Positions 46,628 through 57,622 are shown, numbered from the stretch's first letter. The stretch: 64,000 bases of DNA from Gallionellales bacterium 39-52-133 (GCA_002278935.1 NCJL01000002.1:272267-336266); one strand, 5' to 3'. Program-made: numbers and translations. The notes: generated from the sequence alone by a model not told the origin.

Positions 46628-47926
46628 TTAGTTTAGCTTGGCGAGTTGATTGCCACTCAACATGGTTAAACGGTTATTCAGATTTGCTGTAGCCGCTTGA
46701 AATTGTGCCTTTTGTACTGCATTAATGGGTCTGGCATCCGGTAGCGCAACGCGCAGCGGATCATGATGCTGGCCATTAATCTTGAATTCGTAATGCAGGT
46801 GGGGCCCTGTTGCAAGGCCTGTCCGCCCTACATAGGCGATGATCTCGCCCTGCGTTACGCGCTGACCACGATGAAGGCCGCTGGAGAAACGAGAAAGGTG
46901 CCCGTATACAGTAGTGTAGCGGCCCTGATGGTTGACTATCACCACATTGCCGTAACCGCCCTGTTTGCCTACAAAGTCAACAGTGCCATCAGCAGTTACC
47001 TTTACTTTAGTTCCAGTTGAGGCAGCATAGTCTACGCCTTTGTGTGCTCTCCATTTATTCAGTACCGGGTGAAAGCGTGAAGGCTTGAAACCTGAACTGA
47101 TGCGCGAAAACTCAAGAGGAGAGCGCAAAAATGCCTTGCGCATGCTTTTCCCGTCAGGGCTAAAGTAGTTGCCGATATTTTTGGTCATTTCAAAATAAAG
47201 AGCTCGGTACTGGCGTCCCTGGTTGATAAATTCAGCTGCCAGAATGTTGCTGGTACTAACAGGCTCTCCATTGCTGTAATTCATTTCGTAAATAACCGAA
47301 AATTTATCCCCCTTGCGCAGATCACGGTGAAAGTCGATATCACCGCTGAATATATCCGCCAACTGGTTGGCAACTGCATCGGGCATGCCTGCGGCGTCAG
47401 TGGCTGCATACAGGGTGCTATTGATATCTCCTGTGCGCATAAAAATGCGCTTCTCAATTTGTGGACTTACAGTTCGGGTTGTGAAGTTGTCACCATTCTT
47501 TTCTATGATGACCTGATTGCCATTATTGCTGAGATAGCGCAAGGAAAGCAGGCTGCCATCTGCCTGAGTTTCAGCTTGAATATCTTTGTTTGTTGCAAAA
47601 TGGGGAAGTGTCGAGCTAGCCTTGTTGCTGCGTAAATAATTACTGGCAGCCTGATCATCAACATTCAGTCGCCGCAGCACTTCTGCAATGGTATCGCCGC
47701 GTTGAATCCGCTCGGTGCGCCAGAAAACTCCTTGCGTATCAGTTTCCTGTGATGCATGCGGCAAGGATATTTCATCAATTACGTTTTCGTTAAAGGGAAA
47801 GTTTATTTCACTTTGTGGAATGATGCCGAATGCCGATAGAACAGCAAGAAAAGGGAGTGTGGAAAGTGTAATAAACCAGCGCAATTTCAATTTGCGCGCT
47901 TGTGTCAGGGGATTTTGAGTTACCAT
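46628..47926 (-). CDS. M23 family peptidoglycan DD-metalloendopeptidase (MepM-like)
   Basis: N-terminal anchor and a C-terminal LytM domain with HKGVDYAA and GRTGLATGPHLHYE. Confidence 0.85.
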   Translation of the reverse strand: MVTQNPLTQARKLKLRWFITLSTLPFLAVLSAFGIIPQSEINFPFNENVIDEISLPHASQETDTQGVFWRTERIQRGDTIAEVLRRLNVDDQAASNYLRSNKASSTLPHFATNKDIQAETQADGSLLSLRYLSNNGNQVIIEKNGDNFTTRTVSPQIEKRIFMRTGDINSTLYAATDAAGMPDAVANQLADIFSGDIDFHRDLRKGDKFSVIYEMNYSNGEPVSTSNILAAEFINQGRQYRALYFEMTKNIGNYFSPDGKSMRKAFLRSPLEFSRISSGFKPSRFHPVLNKWRAHKGVDYAASTGTKVKVTADGTVDFVGKQGGYGNVVIVNHQGRYTTVYGHLSRFSSGLHRGQRVTQGEIIAYVGRTGLATGPHLHYEFKINGQHHDPLRVALPDARPINAVQKAQFQAATANLNNRLTMLSGNQLAKLN

Positions 47927-48051
47927 TTAAAATATTATGGAAATGCGGTATCGCCGCTTTTCTCCAGTGCCTTTATTTAGAACGAGCGGCATATTAGCAG
48001 AATTGGGCATTTGCTCAAAATTGGATAAATTTGACAAAAAGTAAGCGGAAC

Positions 48052-49248
48052 ATGATACAGCAAGAAGCAATAGAGTTAATTAAGCGCGGTTGCAGCGAAT
48101 TATTGCTGGAATCAGAGTTGAAGCAGAAGTTGGCAAAAGACCGCCCCTTGCGTATCAAAGCGGGTTTTGATCCTACTGCGCCGGATTTGCATCTCGGGCA
48201 TACCGTATTGCTTAACAAAATGCGCCAGCTTCAGGATTTGGGGCATCACGCCTTGTTTTTGATTGGTGATTTTACCGGGATGATAGGTGATCCGTCCGGT
48301 AAAAATTCTGCCCGCCCCCCATTGTCACGTGAGCAAGTGGCTGAAAATGCTCAAAGTTATCGTGAGCAAGTGTTTAAAGTGCTGGATCCGGCAAAAACAG
48401 AAGTGGTATTTAACTCGACATGGATGGACAAATTTGGTGCAGTTGATTTAATCAGGCTTGCCGCTACCCATACTGTGGCCCAGATGCTGGAACGCGATGA
48501 TTTTTCCAGGCGATATTCAAATAAAACGCCCATTGCGATACATGAGTTCATCTACCCTTTGGTGCAAGGTTATGATTCTGTTGCTTTAAAGGCGGATATT
48601 GAACTGGGTGGAACAGATCAGAAATTTAATCTGCTGATGGGACGTGAGTTGCAAAAGCACTACGGGCAGCCCTCGCAATGCGTATTGACTATGCCACTGC
48701 TCGAAGGGACGGATGGAATAAACAAAATGTCCAAATCCTTGGGGAACTACATTGGAATTGCTGATGTGCCTCAGGAGATGTTCGGCAAGCTGATGTCAAT
48801 ATCCGATGATTTAATGTGGCGTTATTTGGAGCTGCTTTCTTTCGAGAGTATGAACACCATACTCAAATGGCGTGAAGAAGTTGAGGGAGGGAGGAATCCC
48901 CGTGATATCAAGGTGATGCTGGCACAGGAGCTGGTCGCTCGTTTTCACTCGCGTAATGACGCGGAAGAGGCTCTGGCTGACTTTGAGGCGCGTTTCAAAC
49001 AGGGGGTATTGCCCGAGGATATGCCCGAAGTAACGGTAAGTGCGACTGATGGCAGCATTGGTGTTGCACAAATGCTGAAGCTTGCAGGCCTGGTTGAGAG
49101 TACTTCGGATGCGATGCGCTTGATCGCCCAGGCGGGTGTTAAGCTGGATGGCATGAAAATCAGTGATAAGGCCTTGAAAGTATTGAGTGGCAGCATCGTT
49201 GTGGCCCAGGTAGGTAAGCGCAAATTCGCAAAAATTAAGGTTCAGTAG
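48052..49248 (+). CDS. tyrS: Tyrosine--tRNA ligase (type 2)
   Basis: HIGH motif (PDLHLGH), KMSKS motif present, C-terminal S4-like domain. 398 aa from the ATG at 48052. Confidence 0.95.
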   Translation: MIQQEAIELIKRGCSELLLESELKQKLAKDRPLRIKAGFDPTAPDLHLGHTVLLNKMRQLQDLGHHALFLIGDFTGMIGDPSGKNSARPPLSREQVAENAQSYREQVFKVLDPAKTEVVFNSTWMDKFGAVDLIRLAATHTVAQMLERDDFSRRYSNKTPIAIHEFIYPLVQGYDSVALKADIELGGTDQKFNLLMGRELQKHYGQPSQCVLTMPLLEGTDGINKMSKSLGNYIGIADVPQEMFGKLMSISDDLMWRYLELLSFESMNTILKWREEVEGGRNPRDIKVMLAQELVARFHSRNDAEEALADFEARFKQGVLPEDMPEVTVSATDGSIGVAQMLKLAGLVESTSDAMRLIAQAGVKLDGMKISDKALKVLSGSIVVAQVGKRKFAKIKVQ

Positions 49249-49287
49249 TGACCTGCGGCCTGATTTGCAGGGAATTTAAAATCAAGG

Positions 49288-49316
49288 TTGTGGAAGCATT
49301 GTGGTTTTGGTAGAAT
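49288..49316 (+). promoter_or_regulatory. Candidate sigma70 promoter of the rpsU operon with a GC-rich discriminator
   Basis: TTGTGG, 17-nt spacer, TAGAAT, followed by CGCGCCC. It lies 37 nt upstream of the rpsU ATG. Confidence 0.45.
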
Positions 49317-49352
49317 CGCGCCCTCAAATTTTTTGTATAAGGTAGTTTGTTG

Positions 49353-49565
49353 ATGACAACAGTACGTGTTAAAGAGAATGAGCCATTTGAAGTTGCCTTG
49401 CGTCGTTTCAAGCGCTCCATAGAAAAGACTGGTCTGTTAACAGATCTGCGTGCACGTGAGTTCTACGAGAAGCCAACTGCTGAGCGCAAGCGCAAGCTGG
49501 CTGCTGCTGTAAAGCGCCACTATAAGCGCCTCCGCAATCAGGTCCTTCCACCCAAGCTATATTAA
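49353..49565 (+). CDS. rpsU: 30S ribosomal protein S21
   Basis: [29 protein letters not shown]..., the canonical S21 sequence. 70 aa. Confidence 0.95.
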   Translation: MTTVRVKENEPFEVALRRFKRSIEKTGLLTDLRAREFYEKPTAERKRKLAAAVKRHYKRLRNQVLPPKLY

Positions 49566-49623
49566 TTTTTGCAGGCAAGGCTCTTTGCAAGACTGAGCTC
49601 TTCCTGAAAAAAGAGGCCGAATC

Positions 49624-50070
49624 TTGAATCTTAGGCTGCAAATCAACGAGGACATGAAAGCCGCCATGCGTGCAAAAGATACTGCACGCTTGGCGGCTAT
49701 TCGCCTGTTGATGGCAGCTATCAAGCAGCGTGAGGTGGACGAACGTATCGAGTTAACGGATGCCGATATACTGGCTGTTATCGATAAAATGATGAAACAG
49801 CGTCGTGACTCATTTAGCCAGTTTGAGGCCGCAGGCCGAAAAGATCTTGCTGATATTGAGAATTTTGAAATGAGTGTATTGCTGGGGTACATGCCTCAGC
49901 AACTTAGTCAGGCAGAAATTGACGCTGCGATTGAACTGGCTATAAGCGCAAGTGGCGCTGCCAGTGCACAAGATATGGGGAAAGTCATGGCTATTCTCAA
50001 GCCAAAGTTTGCAGGGCGTGCCGACATTGGCAAGGCATCAGCCCAGGTAAAGGCAAGGTTGTCGTCGTAA
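49624..50070 (+). CDS. yqeY: GatB/YqeY domain protein
   Basis: TTG start. The pattern ...INEDMKAAMRAKD..RL..IRLL.AAIKQ.EVD is diagnostic of YqeY. Confidence 0.85.
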   Translation: MNLRLQINEDMKAAMRAKDTARLAAIRLLMAAIKQREVDERIELTDADILAVIDKMMKQRRDSFSQFEAAGRKDLADIENFEMSVLLGYMPQQLSQAEIDAAIELAISASGAASAQDMGKVMAILKPKFAGRADIGKASAQVKARLSS

Positions 50071-50145
50071 GATTCTCTGTATTATTTAAATACTTTCTCC
50101 ACACCAAGTTATACGGCACTCTGTCGATAAACTGCGAGGGCTGGG

Positions 50146-51873
50146 GTGATTCCAAAAAGCTTTATTCAGGATCTGCTCAATCGTCTCGATATTGTAGACG
50201 TGATCGAGCGCTATGTGCCGCTTAAAAAAGCCGGTGCAAATTATGCGGCCTGCTGCCCGTTTCACAGCGAGAAATCCCCATCTTTTACCGTAAGTCAGAG
50301 CAAGCAGTTTTATCACTGTTTTGGCTGCGGAGCGCACGGCACTGCCATTGGCTTTGTGATGGAACATGCCGGGATGGGCTTTGTCGACGCCGTAGAAGAG
50401 TTGGCGCGCAGTATAGGGGTTCCCGTACCCCGCGAAGCACTCGCACCGGGGCAAGTGCACCAAAAAATAGCGCCTGACCTGTACGAGGTTATGCAGGCGG
50501 CCACACGATACTACCGGGAGCAGCTTAAACAGTCACCGCGTGCGATTGATTATTTGAAGCGCCGCGGATTGAATGGTGAAATCGCGGCGCGTTTTGGCAT
50601 AGGGTATGCGCCGGAAGCCTGGCAAAATTTGAATGGCATAACTTCAAGTTATCAGGATAGCAGTCTGGTCGAAACAGGTCTGGTGATAGAAGGAGAGGCT
50701 GGCAAGCGATACGATCGGTTTCGTGATCGCATCATGTTTCCGATTGTCAACGCACGAGGGCAGGTCATCGGTTTTGGCGGTCGCATACTTGACAGTGGAG
50801 AGCCCAAATACCTTAATTCTCCAGAAACTGTGTTGTTTGAAAAGGGGCACGAACTGTATGGCTTGTTTCAGGCTCAAAAAGCCATTCGTAACAACCAGCA
50901 AGTAGTTGTAGTTGAAGGTTATATGGACGTTGTTGCGCTGGCGCAGCACGGAGTTGGGTATGCTGTCGCCACGCTGGGGACGGCAACCACAGCCTATCAT
51001 GTACAGAAATTGTTGCGTCTGGCCGATCAGGTTGTATTTTGCTTTGACGGCGATGCAGCGGGGCAACGCGCAGCGTGGCGGGCACTGGAAAACTCTCTCC
51101 CTCATCTGGTGGACGGCAAGCGCATAAGTTTTCTGTTTTTGCCCAAGGAGCATGATCCAGACAGTTATATTCGTGAGAATGGTACGGAATCATTTGAACA
51201 GTTGTTGCATGAGTCATTGCCCTTGTCGGGCTACTTGTTGCGAGAGCTGTCTGCACAAGTGGACCTGCGGACACAGGAGGGGCGAAGTAATTTGCTGGAA
51301 CATGCAAAGCCATTGCTGATGGCGATTACTGCCCCGACAATGGCGCTATTGTTGCGCAAGGAAGTGGCAGCGCTAGCTGGAATTACCCAGCTTGAACTGG
51401 AGGCTTTGTACGGAGTAAAGGCGATGGGTGCAGCTCCCAGGCGTGCAACACAGAAGGCGGGTCGACCAGCGGCTTCCAATTTGCGTGTTTTGTTACGCTG
51501 CTTGCTGTTTAAGCCAGACCTGATCAGAGAGTTGCCGCAGGAAATTGCGGATGAAGGCGCGGACTCGGAAGCAATTGAGGCGTTAAGTGCATGGCTACTC
51601 GCGCAAGACGGGGAAGTCAGCAGTGCAGTGCTTATACAGTCATTTCAGGGAACAGCACACGAGCCATTATTCGCCGCGGAGCAGGCGGAAATCATGCAAT
51701 GGGGCGAAACATTTGATGTGGATGCGGAGTTTCAGGGAGTTTTGGCAAAATTACGCGAGGAAACTCGCAAGAGAAAATTTGAGGCACTAAATGCCAGAAT
51801 TGCTGGAAAAGAACTTAAGGCCTTGACTGAACAGGAGAGGTTGCTCTATTCGCAACTCTATAAACCAGGCTAA
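50146..51873 (+). CDS. dnaG: DNA primase
   Basis: GTG start, zinc ribbon CCPFHSEKSPSFTVS..KQFYHCFGCGAHG, and TOPRIM motifs EGYMDV and DGDAAG. Confidence 0.95.
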   Translation: MIPKSFIQDLLNRLDIVDVIERYVPLKKAGANYAACCPFHSEKSPSFTVSQSKQFYHCFGCGAHGTAIGFVMEHAGMGFVDAVEELARSIGVPVPREALAPGQVHQKIAPDLYEVMQAATRYYREQLKQSPRAIDYLKRRGLNGEIAARFGIGYAPEAWQNLNGITSSYQDSSLVETGLVIEGEAGKRYDRFRDRIMFPIVNARGQVIGFGGRILDSGEPKYLNSPETVLFEKGHELYGLFQAQKAIRNNQQVVVVEGYMDVVALAQHGVGYAVATLGTATTAYHVQKLLRLADQVVFCFDGDAAGQRAAWRALENSLPHLVDGKRISFLFLPKEHDPDSYIRENGTESFEQLLHESLPLSGYLLRELSAQVDLRTQEGRSNLLEHAKPLLMAITAPTMALLLRKEVAALAGITQLELEALYGVKAMGAAPRRATQKAGRPAASNLRVLLRCLLFKPDLIRELPQEIADEGADSEAIEALSAWLLAQDGEVSSAVLIQSFQGTAHEPLFAAEQAEIMQWGETFDVDAEFQGVLAKLREETRKRKFEALNARIAGKELKALTEQERLLYSQLYKPG

Positions 51874-51984
51874 AAGAGAATTTTTTCACAAAGTCGGGTA
51901 TAATTCGCGACCCATTTCAGCGACATACGAAGTTATATGTCGCCATTCATTTATTAACTGGAATTTAACTGGGCATCCACCGCT

Positions 51985-53949
51985 ATGGCGACTCAGCAAG
52001 AAAAGAAAAAAACCGTCGGGACCAAAAAGACGGTTTCAAAAGCAAAACTGGCAGCAAATTTACAGCTTGATGCAAATCCGGCCGAACAGCTACAGGATGT
52101 TGAAGAACGTCGAACTCGTTTGAAGGCATTGATTGTGCTCGGAAAAGAGCGCGGCTATTTGACGTTCGCGGAAATTAATGACCACTTGCCTGAAATGCTC
52201 GAAGTTGAGCAGATAGAAGGTGTAGTAAGCATGATTAATGACATGGGCATCAGCGTTAGTGATCAGGCACCTGACGCTGAAAATATGGTTATGTCAGAAG
52301 GCGTGGTTGTAGTAGTTGACGAAGATGCTGTTGAAGCAGCTGAAGCAGCGCTCGCAGCTTCGACAGTTGACTCGGATTTCGGCCGCACCACTGATCCTGT
52401 TCGTATGTATATGCGCGAGATGGGAACGGTTGGATTGCTTACGCGGCAGGACGAAATTGTTATTGCCAAGCGCATTGAAGAGGGTTTGAAGCACATGATT
52501 CAGGCCGTTTCGGCCTGCCCTGCGACCATTGCAGAAATTCTTGCGCTGGCAGAAAAGGTCAAGCTGGACGAAATGCGCATAGATGAAGTTATTGATGGAT
52601 TCATTGAAATTGAGGATGAAACATTGGTAGCGGAAGAGCTCCTTGAAGAAGAATCCGATGAAGAAGAGGAGGAGGACGAGGAGGAGGAGGAGTCAGCAGA
52701 AGATAGAGAGGCACTCGTAGCCGCTAATCTTGCACAGCTTAAAATTGATGCACTTGAGCGTTTTGCCATTATTTCTGATCTGTTTGGGAAAATGGGCAGG
52801 GCTTATGAAAAATTCGGCTATCGCAGCAAACAATACGATAAGTTGCAGGAGCAAATTTCACATGAGTTGATGCAGTTCCGTTTCTCTGCCAAGCAAGTGG
52901 ACAAGCTCTGCGACACAATGCGCAGTCTGGTGGAGGAGGTGCGTGGACATGAACGCAGCATTCAAGACCTGTGTGTGGTTAAAGCACGTATGCCTCGCCA
53001 GCACTTTATCAAGATGTTTGTCAGCAACGAAGATAATTTGAATTGGGTAGAGCAGGAAGTTAATGCAAAGAAGCCTTACAGTGATACCTTGCAGCGTTTT
53101 CAGGCTGCCATAATCGATCAGCAAAAACGCATGCTTGAAGTGCAAAAACGTGTTGGAATTCCGATCAAGGATCTGAAAGAAATCAACAAGCAGATGACTA
53201 ATGGCGAAGCGAAGGCACGCCGAGCCAAACGCGACATGATTGAGGCCAATCTGCGCCTGGTAATTTCCATTGCCAAGAAATACACAAATCGTGGCTTGCA
53301 ATTCCTCGACCTGATTCAGGAGGGAAATATAGGCCTGATGAAAGCGGTGGACAAATTTGAATATCGACGCGGTTACAAATTTTCCACCTACGCGACATGG
53401 TGGATACGCCAGGCAATTACCCGTTCGATTGCAGATCAGGCTCGCACCATTCGTATACCGGTGCACATGATTGAGACTATTAACAAGATGAATCGCATCT
53501 CGCGTCAAATTTTGCAGGAGACCGGTCTTGAAGCAGATCCGGCAACCTTGGCGATCAAGATGGAAATGCCGGAAGATAAAATCCGCAAAATTCTGAAAAT
53601 TGCGAAAGAGCCAATCTCAATGGAAACCCCGGTTGGCGATGACGATGATTCTCATCTGGGTGATTTTATCGAGGATTCCAATGGCTTGGCCCCGATAGAG
53701 GCTGCGGTGTATGACAGTCTGCGCAACGTAACGAAGGATATTCTGGACTCACTTACACCTCGTGAAGCCAAGGTATTGCGTATGCGTTTCGGCATTGAAA
53801 TGAATACCGATCACACGCTTGAAGAGGTGGGCAAGCAGTTTGATGTGACGCGCGAGCGTATTCGCCAGATTGAGGCGAAGGCGTTGCGTAAATTACGTCA
53901 TCCTTCGCGTTCAGAAAAGCTCAAAAGTTTCCTGGATGGTGAAAGTTAA
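51985..53949 (+). CDS. rpoD: RNA polymerase sigma factor RpoD (sigma70)
   Basis: 654 aa with an acidic non-conserved region, region 2 ([52 protein letters not shown]) and region 4.2. Confidence 0.97.
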   Translation: MATQQEKKKTVGTKKTVSKAKLAANLQLDANPAEQLQDVEERRTRLKALIVLGKERGYLTFAEINDHLPEMLEVEQIEGVVSMINDMGISVSDQAPDAENMVMSEGVVVVVDEDAVEAAEAALAASTVDSDFGRTTDPVRMYMREMGTVGLLTRQDEIVIAKRIEEGLKHMIQAVSACPATIAEILALAEKVKLDEMRIDEVIDGFIEIEDETLVAEELLEEESDEEEEEDEEEEESAEDREALVAANLAQLKIDALERFAIISDLFGKMGRAYEKFGYRSKQYDKLQEQISHELMQFRFSAKQVDKLCDTMRSLVEEVRGHERSIQDLCVVKARMPRQHFIKMFVSNEDNLNWVEQEVNAKKPYSDTLQRFQAAIIDQQKRMLEVQKRVGIPIKDLKEINKQMTNGEAKARRAKRDMIEANLRLVISIAKKYTNRGLQFLDLIQEGNIGLMKAVDKFEYRRGYKFSTYATWWIRQAITRSIADQARTIRIPVHMIETINKMNRISRQILQETGLEADPATLAIKMEMPEDKIRKILKIAKEPISMETPVGDDDDSHLGDFIEDSNGLAPIEAAVYDSLRNVTKDILDSLTPREAKVLRMRFGIEMNTDHTLEEVGKQFDVTRERIRQIEAKALRKLRHPSRSEKLKSFLDGES

Positions 53950-53957
53950 TTTTTTTC

Positions 53958-54034
53958 GGGCCCTTAGCTCAGTTGGTTAGAGCAGAGGACTCATAATCCT
54001 TTGGTCCGCGGTTCAAGTCCGCGAGGGCCCACCA
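53958..54034 (+). tRNA. ileX: tRNA with CAU anticodon, most likely tRNA-Ile2 (lysidine-modified, ileX-like)
   Basis: 77-nt cloverleaf GGGCCCT/AGGGCCC acceptor stem, CTCATAA anticodon loop, GGTTCAAGTCC T-arm and encoded CCA. It sits directly downstream of rpoD, as E. coli ileX does, and resembles that gene from memory. Confidence 0.85.
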
Positions 54035-54040
54035 ATTAAA

Positions 54041-54080
54041 CAAAGGCTTGCGATTAAATCCGCAAGCCTTTGTCGTTTTT
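54041..54080 (+). terminator. Rho-independent terminator after the tRNA
   Basis: CAAAGGCTTGCG-loop-CGCAAGCCTTTG followed by TCGTTTTT. Confidence 0.75.
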
Positions 54081-54379
54081 ACCGGTTGAATTCATCAGGG
54101 CGGTATGGTTATCCGGTAAGCCGAGTAATATTCTGGTGGCAACTTGCCAGTGCCGGAAGGAAGTGCTTGTTGTGTAACATATTGTTTTTATTTAACTTTA
54201 TGGGTGATTGCAAACTTGATCAGTAGAATCAATAAATTTTGCATTGCTGCACTCTAATCGGCGGCTTGTAAGATATCTTCCTACAAAAGAATTGGAAATA
54301 CTCTGATTCTTATCTATTCTTCCTGCATGCAAAATGCAGCTGTCAATAAGGACATCATTTGTCATCAGGGAGAACGAAA

Positions 54380-54700
54380 ATGACTGCTAACCAAATGCAC
54401 TCAGAAATTAAAGATGCAAACCTTTCTTATATGTTATTAGCTCAACAGATGATTAAGGATGACAAAGTATCTTCAATATTTCGACTGGGTGTAAGTGAGG
54501 AAATGGCAAATCTGATTGCAGGTTTGACACCCGCGCAGATGCTTAAAATGGCTTCAACAAACATGATGTTATGCCGTTTGCGTTTCGACGAACGTTTGCT
54601 GCTCAATATGATATCTGATTTTAATAAAGACAGAATGATGTCACAGGCACATGCAACCATACTGATGACTGCACAGCCAGTAGAAGCATTGGCTGCTTAA
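54380..54700 (+). CDS. flhD: Flagellar master regulator subunit FlhD
   Basis: From the ATG at 54380 (AGGGAG upstream): ...IKDANLSYMLLAQQMI..D...A.FRLG...E....I..L...Q..K.A....MLCRLRFD. 106 aa. Confidence 0.9.
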   Translation: MTANQMHSEIKDANLSYMLLAQQMIKDDKVSSIFRLGVSEEMANLIAGLTPAQMLKMASTNMMLCRLRFDERLLLNMISDFNKDRMMSQAHATILMTAQPVEALAA

Positions 54701-54724
54701 TGAAAACGGGATATTGGAGGCGAT

Positions 54725-55270
54725 ATGCGCAGTAAGAGTGTAGTCAATGAGGCACGTGAAATTCAGATATGTATCGAGTTGATTAATCTGGGCGCGCGCC
54801 TGCAATTATTGCAGGAAGAAACTACATTGAGCCGTGAACGTTTGCTTCGACTTTATAAAGAGGTAAAGGGTGCATCGCCTTCCAAAGGTATGTTGCCTTA
54901 TTCGACCGACTGGTTTATGAGCTGGTTGCCAAACATACATTCATCCATGTTTATGGACATTCACCAGTATGTAGTTACCCACGCTGGTGTATCGGGTGTT
55001 GAAGCACTTATTAAAAGTTACCGACTGTACAAAGAGCAGCTAGGCATCTCCGATGATGAGCCGGTACTAAGCATTACGCGAGCATGGTTCATGTTGAGAT
55101 TTTTTGATGCAAAGTTGTTGCAGTTAACGGACTGCAAGGAGTGTGGCGGGTATTTTGTTGTACATACTGATGAATTATGCAACAACTATAATTGCGGAAT
55201 CTGTCGCCCTCCGTCACGTGCAGGGAAAACAAAAAAAGCCGCACTACAAGAATTACAGGCATCAGCTTAA
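54725..55270 (+). CDS. flhC: Flagellar master regulator subunit FlhC
   Basis: N-terminus KSVVNEAREIQ..IELI.LGARLQ.L and the zinc site CKECGGYFV...YNCGIC. 181 aa. Confidence 0.9.
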   Translation: MRSKSVVNEAREIQICIELINLGARLQLLQEETTLSRERLLRLYKEVKGASPSKGMLPYSTDWFMSWLPNIHSSMFMDIHQYVVTHAGVSGVEALIKSYRLYKEQLGISDDEPVLSITRAWFMLRFFDAKLLQLTDCKECGGYFVVHTDELCNNYNCGICRPPSRAGKTKKAALQELQASA

Positions 55271-55293
55271 GGCACGCAGTCAAACTAAACATA

Positions 55294-55342
55294 AAAACGT
55301 CGTTAATACTGAGTTAAATTATCAGTATTAACGACGTTTTTT
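55294..55342 (+). terminator. Long hairpin terminator after flhC
   Basis: 19-nt perfect arms AAAACGTCGTTAATACTGA / TCAGTATTAACGACGTTTT followed by a T-run. Confidence 0.75.
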
Positions 55343-55472
55343 ATTTAAGATGCACGTTATACTTCATAAAATAGCATTGGTTTTATGCACTGTTTACGAG
55401 TTAGATATATAAAATCCCTGCTAATCTGTTAACGCATTTCGGTGGATATGCAATTTTTGGAGGACTGGCTTC

Positions 55473-56327
55473 ATGTTGGTGATAATTGGATATGTGGTGG
55501 TCGTACTTTCCGTATTTGGCGGTTTCGCACTGGCTGGCGGGCACTTGCACTCGTTATGGCAGCCCGTAGAGGTGTTAATGATTGGCGGTGCGGGTTTTGG
55601 CGCATTTCTGGTTGGTAATTCCGGCCCGGCATTAAAAGCCACATTCAAAGCGTTGCCCAAGGTATTCAAGGGAGCAAAATATACCAAGGACAATTACATG
55701 GAGTTGATGGCATTGCTTTATGAGTTGCTTGGAAAAATTCGTAAAGAAGGTCTCATGTCGATTGAAGGGGACGTAGAAAACGCAGAAGAAAGTCCACTTT
55801 TTGCCAAATATCCAAAAATTCTAGAAGATCATCATGTGATTGAATTTATAACGGATTATTTGCGCATTATGGTTAGCGGCAACCTCAATGCAATGGAGCT
55901 TGAAAATCTGATGGAAGTGGAAATTGAAACGCATCATCACGAAGAAATGGTGCCTTCCCATGTAATTGCAAAGCTGGGTGATGCCTTGCCTGCATTTGGT
56001 ATTGTCGCGGCAGTTATGGGGGTAGTTCACACCATGGGATCTGTTGGAATACCTCCGGCTGAGCTTGGTGTATTGATTGGTGCCGCGCTCGTTGGTACCT
56101 TTTTGGGTATTTTGTTGGCCTATGGGTTTATAGGTCCGCTGGCAAATTTGCTGGAGCAAAAAGCGGATGAGTCCACCAAGATGTTCCAGACAATCAAGGT
56201 TACGTTGCTGGCGAATTTGAATGGATACGCTCCTGCCATGGCGGTTGAATTTGGCCGCAAAGTACTCCTGTCAACAGAGCGTCCCGGCTTCACAGAAATG
56301 GAAGCATTTATCAAGCAAAAACGCTAA
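55473..56327 (+). CDS. motA: Flagellar motor stator protein MotA
   Basis: 284 aa, four TM helices, a conserved cytoplasmic loop and the C-terminal plug/TM3-4 pattern (ALVGTFLGILLAYG). Confidence 0.9.
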   Translation: MLVIIGYVVVVLSVFGGFALAGGHLHSLWQPVEVLMIGGAGFGAFLVGNSGPALKATFKALPKVFKGAKYTKDNYMELMALLYELLGKIRKEGLMSIEGDVENAEESPLFAKYPKILEDHHVIEFITDYLRIMVSGNLNAMELENLMEVEIETHHHEEMVPSHVIAKLGDALPAFGIVAAVMGVVHTMGSVGIPPAELGVLIGAALVGTFLGILLAYGFIGPLANLLEQKADESTKMFQTIKVTLLANLNGYAPAMAVEFGRKVLLSTERPGFTEMEAFIKQKR

Positions 56328-56354
56328 ACAGCGTTTTACTAAGCGAAATTATTT

Positions 56355-57380
56355 ATGGCGACTAATGATAAACGTCCAATCGTAATCAAGCGAATTAAAA
56401 AAGTCGCGGGCGGCCATCACGGTGGGGCATGGAAAATTGCCTATGCTGACTTTGTAACGGCGATGATGGCTTTTTTTCTGCTGATGTGGCTGTTGGGTTC
56501 GACGACCAAGGGTGACCTGAAAGGTATTGCTGACTATTTCAATACGCCACTCAAGATTGCAATGTTTGGCGGATCCGGCAGTGGTGACAGTTCAAGTATT
56601 ATTAAAGGCGGTGGCAAGGATTTAAGCCGGTCTGAGGGTCAGGTAAAGGATGGAGAAGTACCCAGCGATAAAAGTATCATCAATCTCAAGGCTGCTTCGG
56701 AAGAGTTGATCCGCCTTGAAAAGCTCAAGGAAATTGAAAAGCTCAAGGAGCTTAAAAAGAACATTGAGCAAGCAATCGCCAGCAATATAAAGCTTAAGCA
56801 GTTTCAGAACCAGATATTACTGGATATCACCACTGAAGGCCTGCGGATTCAAATCGTGGATGAGAAAAACCGGCCCATGTTCAGGATAGGCCGGGCTGAG
56901 CTTGAGCCTTATACAAAAGAAATTTTGCATGAGATCGGTAAAACACTCAACCAGATGCCAAACAAAGTGAGCTTGTCCGGGCATACGGATGCGACCCCCT
57001 ATTCATCAGACAGGAAGGGATTCAGCAATTGGGATTTGTCAGCAGATCGTGCCAACGCTTCGCGGCGTGAATTGATTGTGGGTGGAATGGATGAAAACAA
57101 GGTGGTTCGTGTTGTGGGCCTTTCTTCGGCAGTGCTATTTGACAAAGAGAATCCATTTAATCCGGTTAATCGCCGTATCAGCATTATCGTCATGAACAAA
57201 AAAGCCGAAGAAGCGGCGCAAAGGGATGGGGGGACGGTAGAAATTGATGCGGGTAACGCTGAACAGTCGAATGCAGAAGGAATGTCAGCATTGTCTGCTT
57301 CATCTGCCGTTGTGCCAACTGCCGTTCCGGTTTCCGGTGTTGCAGCGCCTGTTATTCCGCCTGGCGGAGAGGGTATGTAA
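56355..57380 (+). CDS. motB: Flagellar motor stator protein MotB
   Basis: N-terminus GGHHGGAWKIAYADFVTAMMAFFLLMWL (with the conserved Asp) and a C-terminal OmpA-like domain (GHTD...N..LS..RA......L). Confidence 0.9.
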   Translation: MATNDKRPIVIKRIKKVAGGHHGGAWKIAYADFVTAMMAFFLLMWLLGSTTKGDLKGIADYFNTPLKIAMFGGSGSGDSSSIIKGGGKDLSRSEGQVKDGEVPSDKSIINLKAASEELIRLEKLKEIEKLKELKKNIEQAIASNIKLKQFQNQILLDITTEGLRIQIVDEKNRPMFRIGRAELEPYTKEILHEIGKTLNQMPNKVSLSGHTDATPYSSDRKGFSNWDLSADRANASRRELIVGGMDENKVVRVVGLSSAVLFDKENPFNPVNRRISIIVMNKKAEEAAQRDGGTVEIDAGNAEQSNAEGMSALSASSAVVPTAVPVSGVAAPVIPPGGEGM

Positions 57381-57437
57381 CAGGGCTTGCTTCATACGGC
57401 CTGAGTTCCATATTTTAAAAGATAACTAAAGAAATAC

Positions 57438-57464
57438 TAAAGTTATCCCTGCTGTTGCCGTTAT
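57438..57464 (+). promoter_or_regulatory. Candidate FliA (sigma28) promoter upstream of cheV
   Basis: TAAA, 15 nt, GCCGTTAT, compared with the consensus TAAA-N15-GCCGATAA. It lies 160 nt upstream of the cheV start. Confidence 0.4.
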
Positions 57465-57622
57465 AAACACTGAGATGATAAATAATCGAGTTATGCCATT
57501 TTATTGGCTAAGTTGCCCTCAAAATCAAAAAATGTATTTGCAGGTATGCGCCAGGCAATGAGCCGTAGAGAGTCGTACAAAAATGTATTTTCAGGCTGGC
57601 AAGTGTTGAATAGGAGTAGGTG

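Noticed and set aside
52615-52700. GAA/GAG/GAC-rich repetitive stretch that looks like a microsatellite
   Set aside because: It lies in frame within rpoD and encodes the acidic non-conserved region ([21 protein letters not shown]) typical of proteobacterial sigma70.
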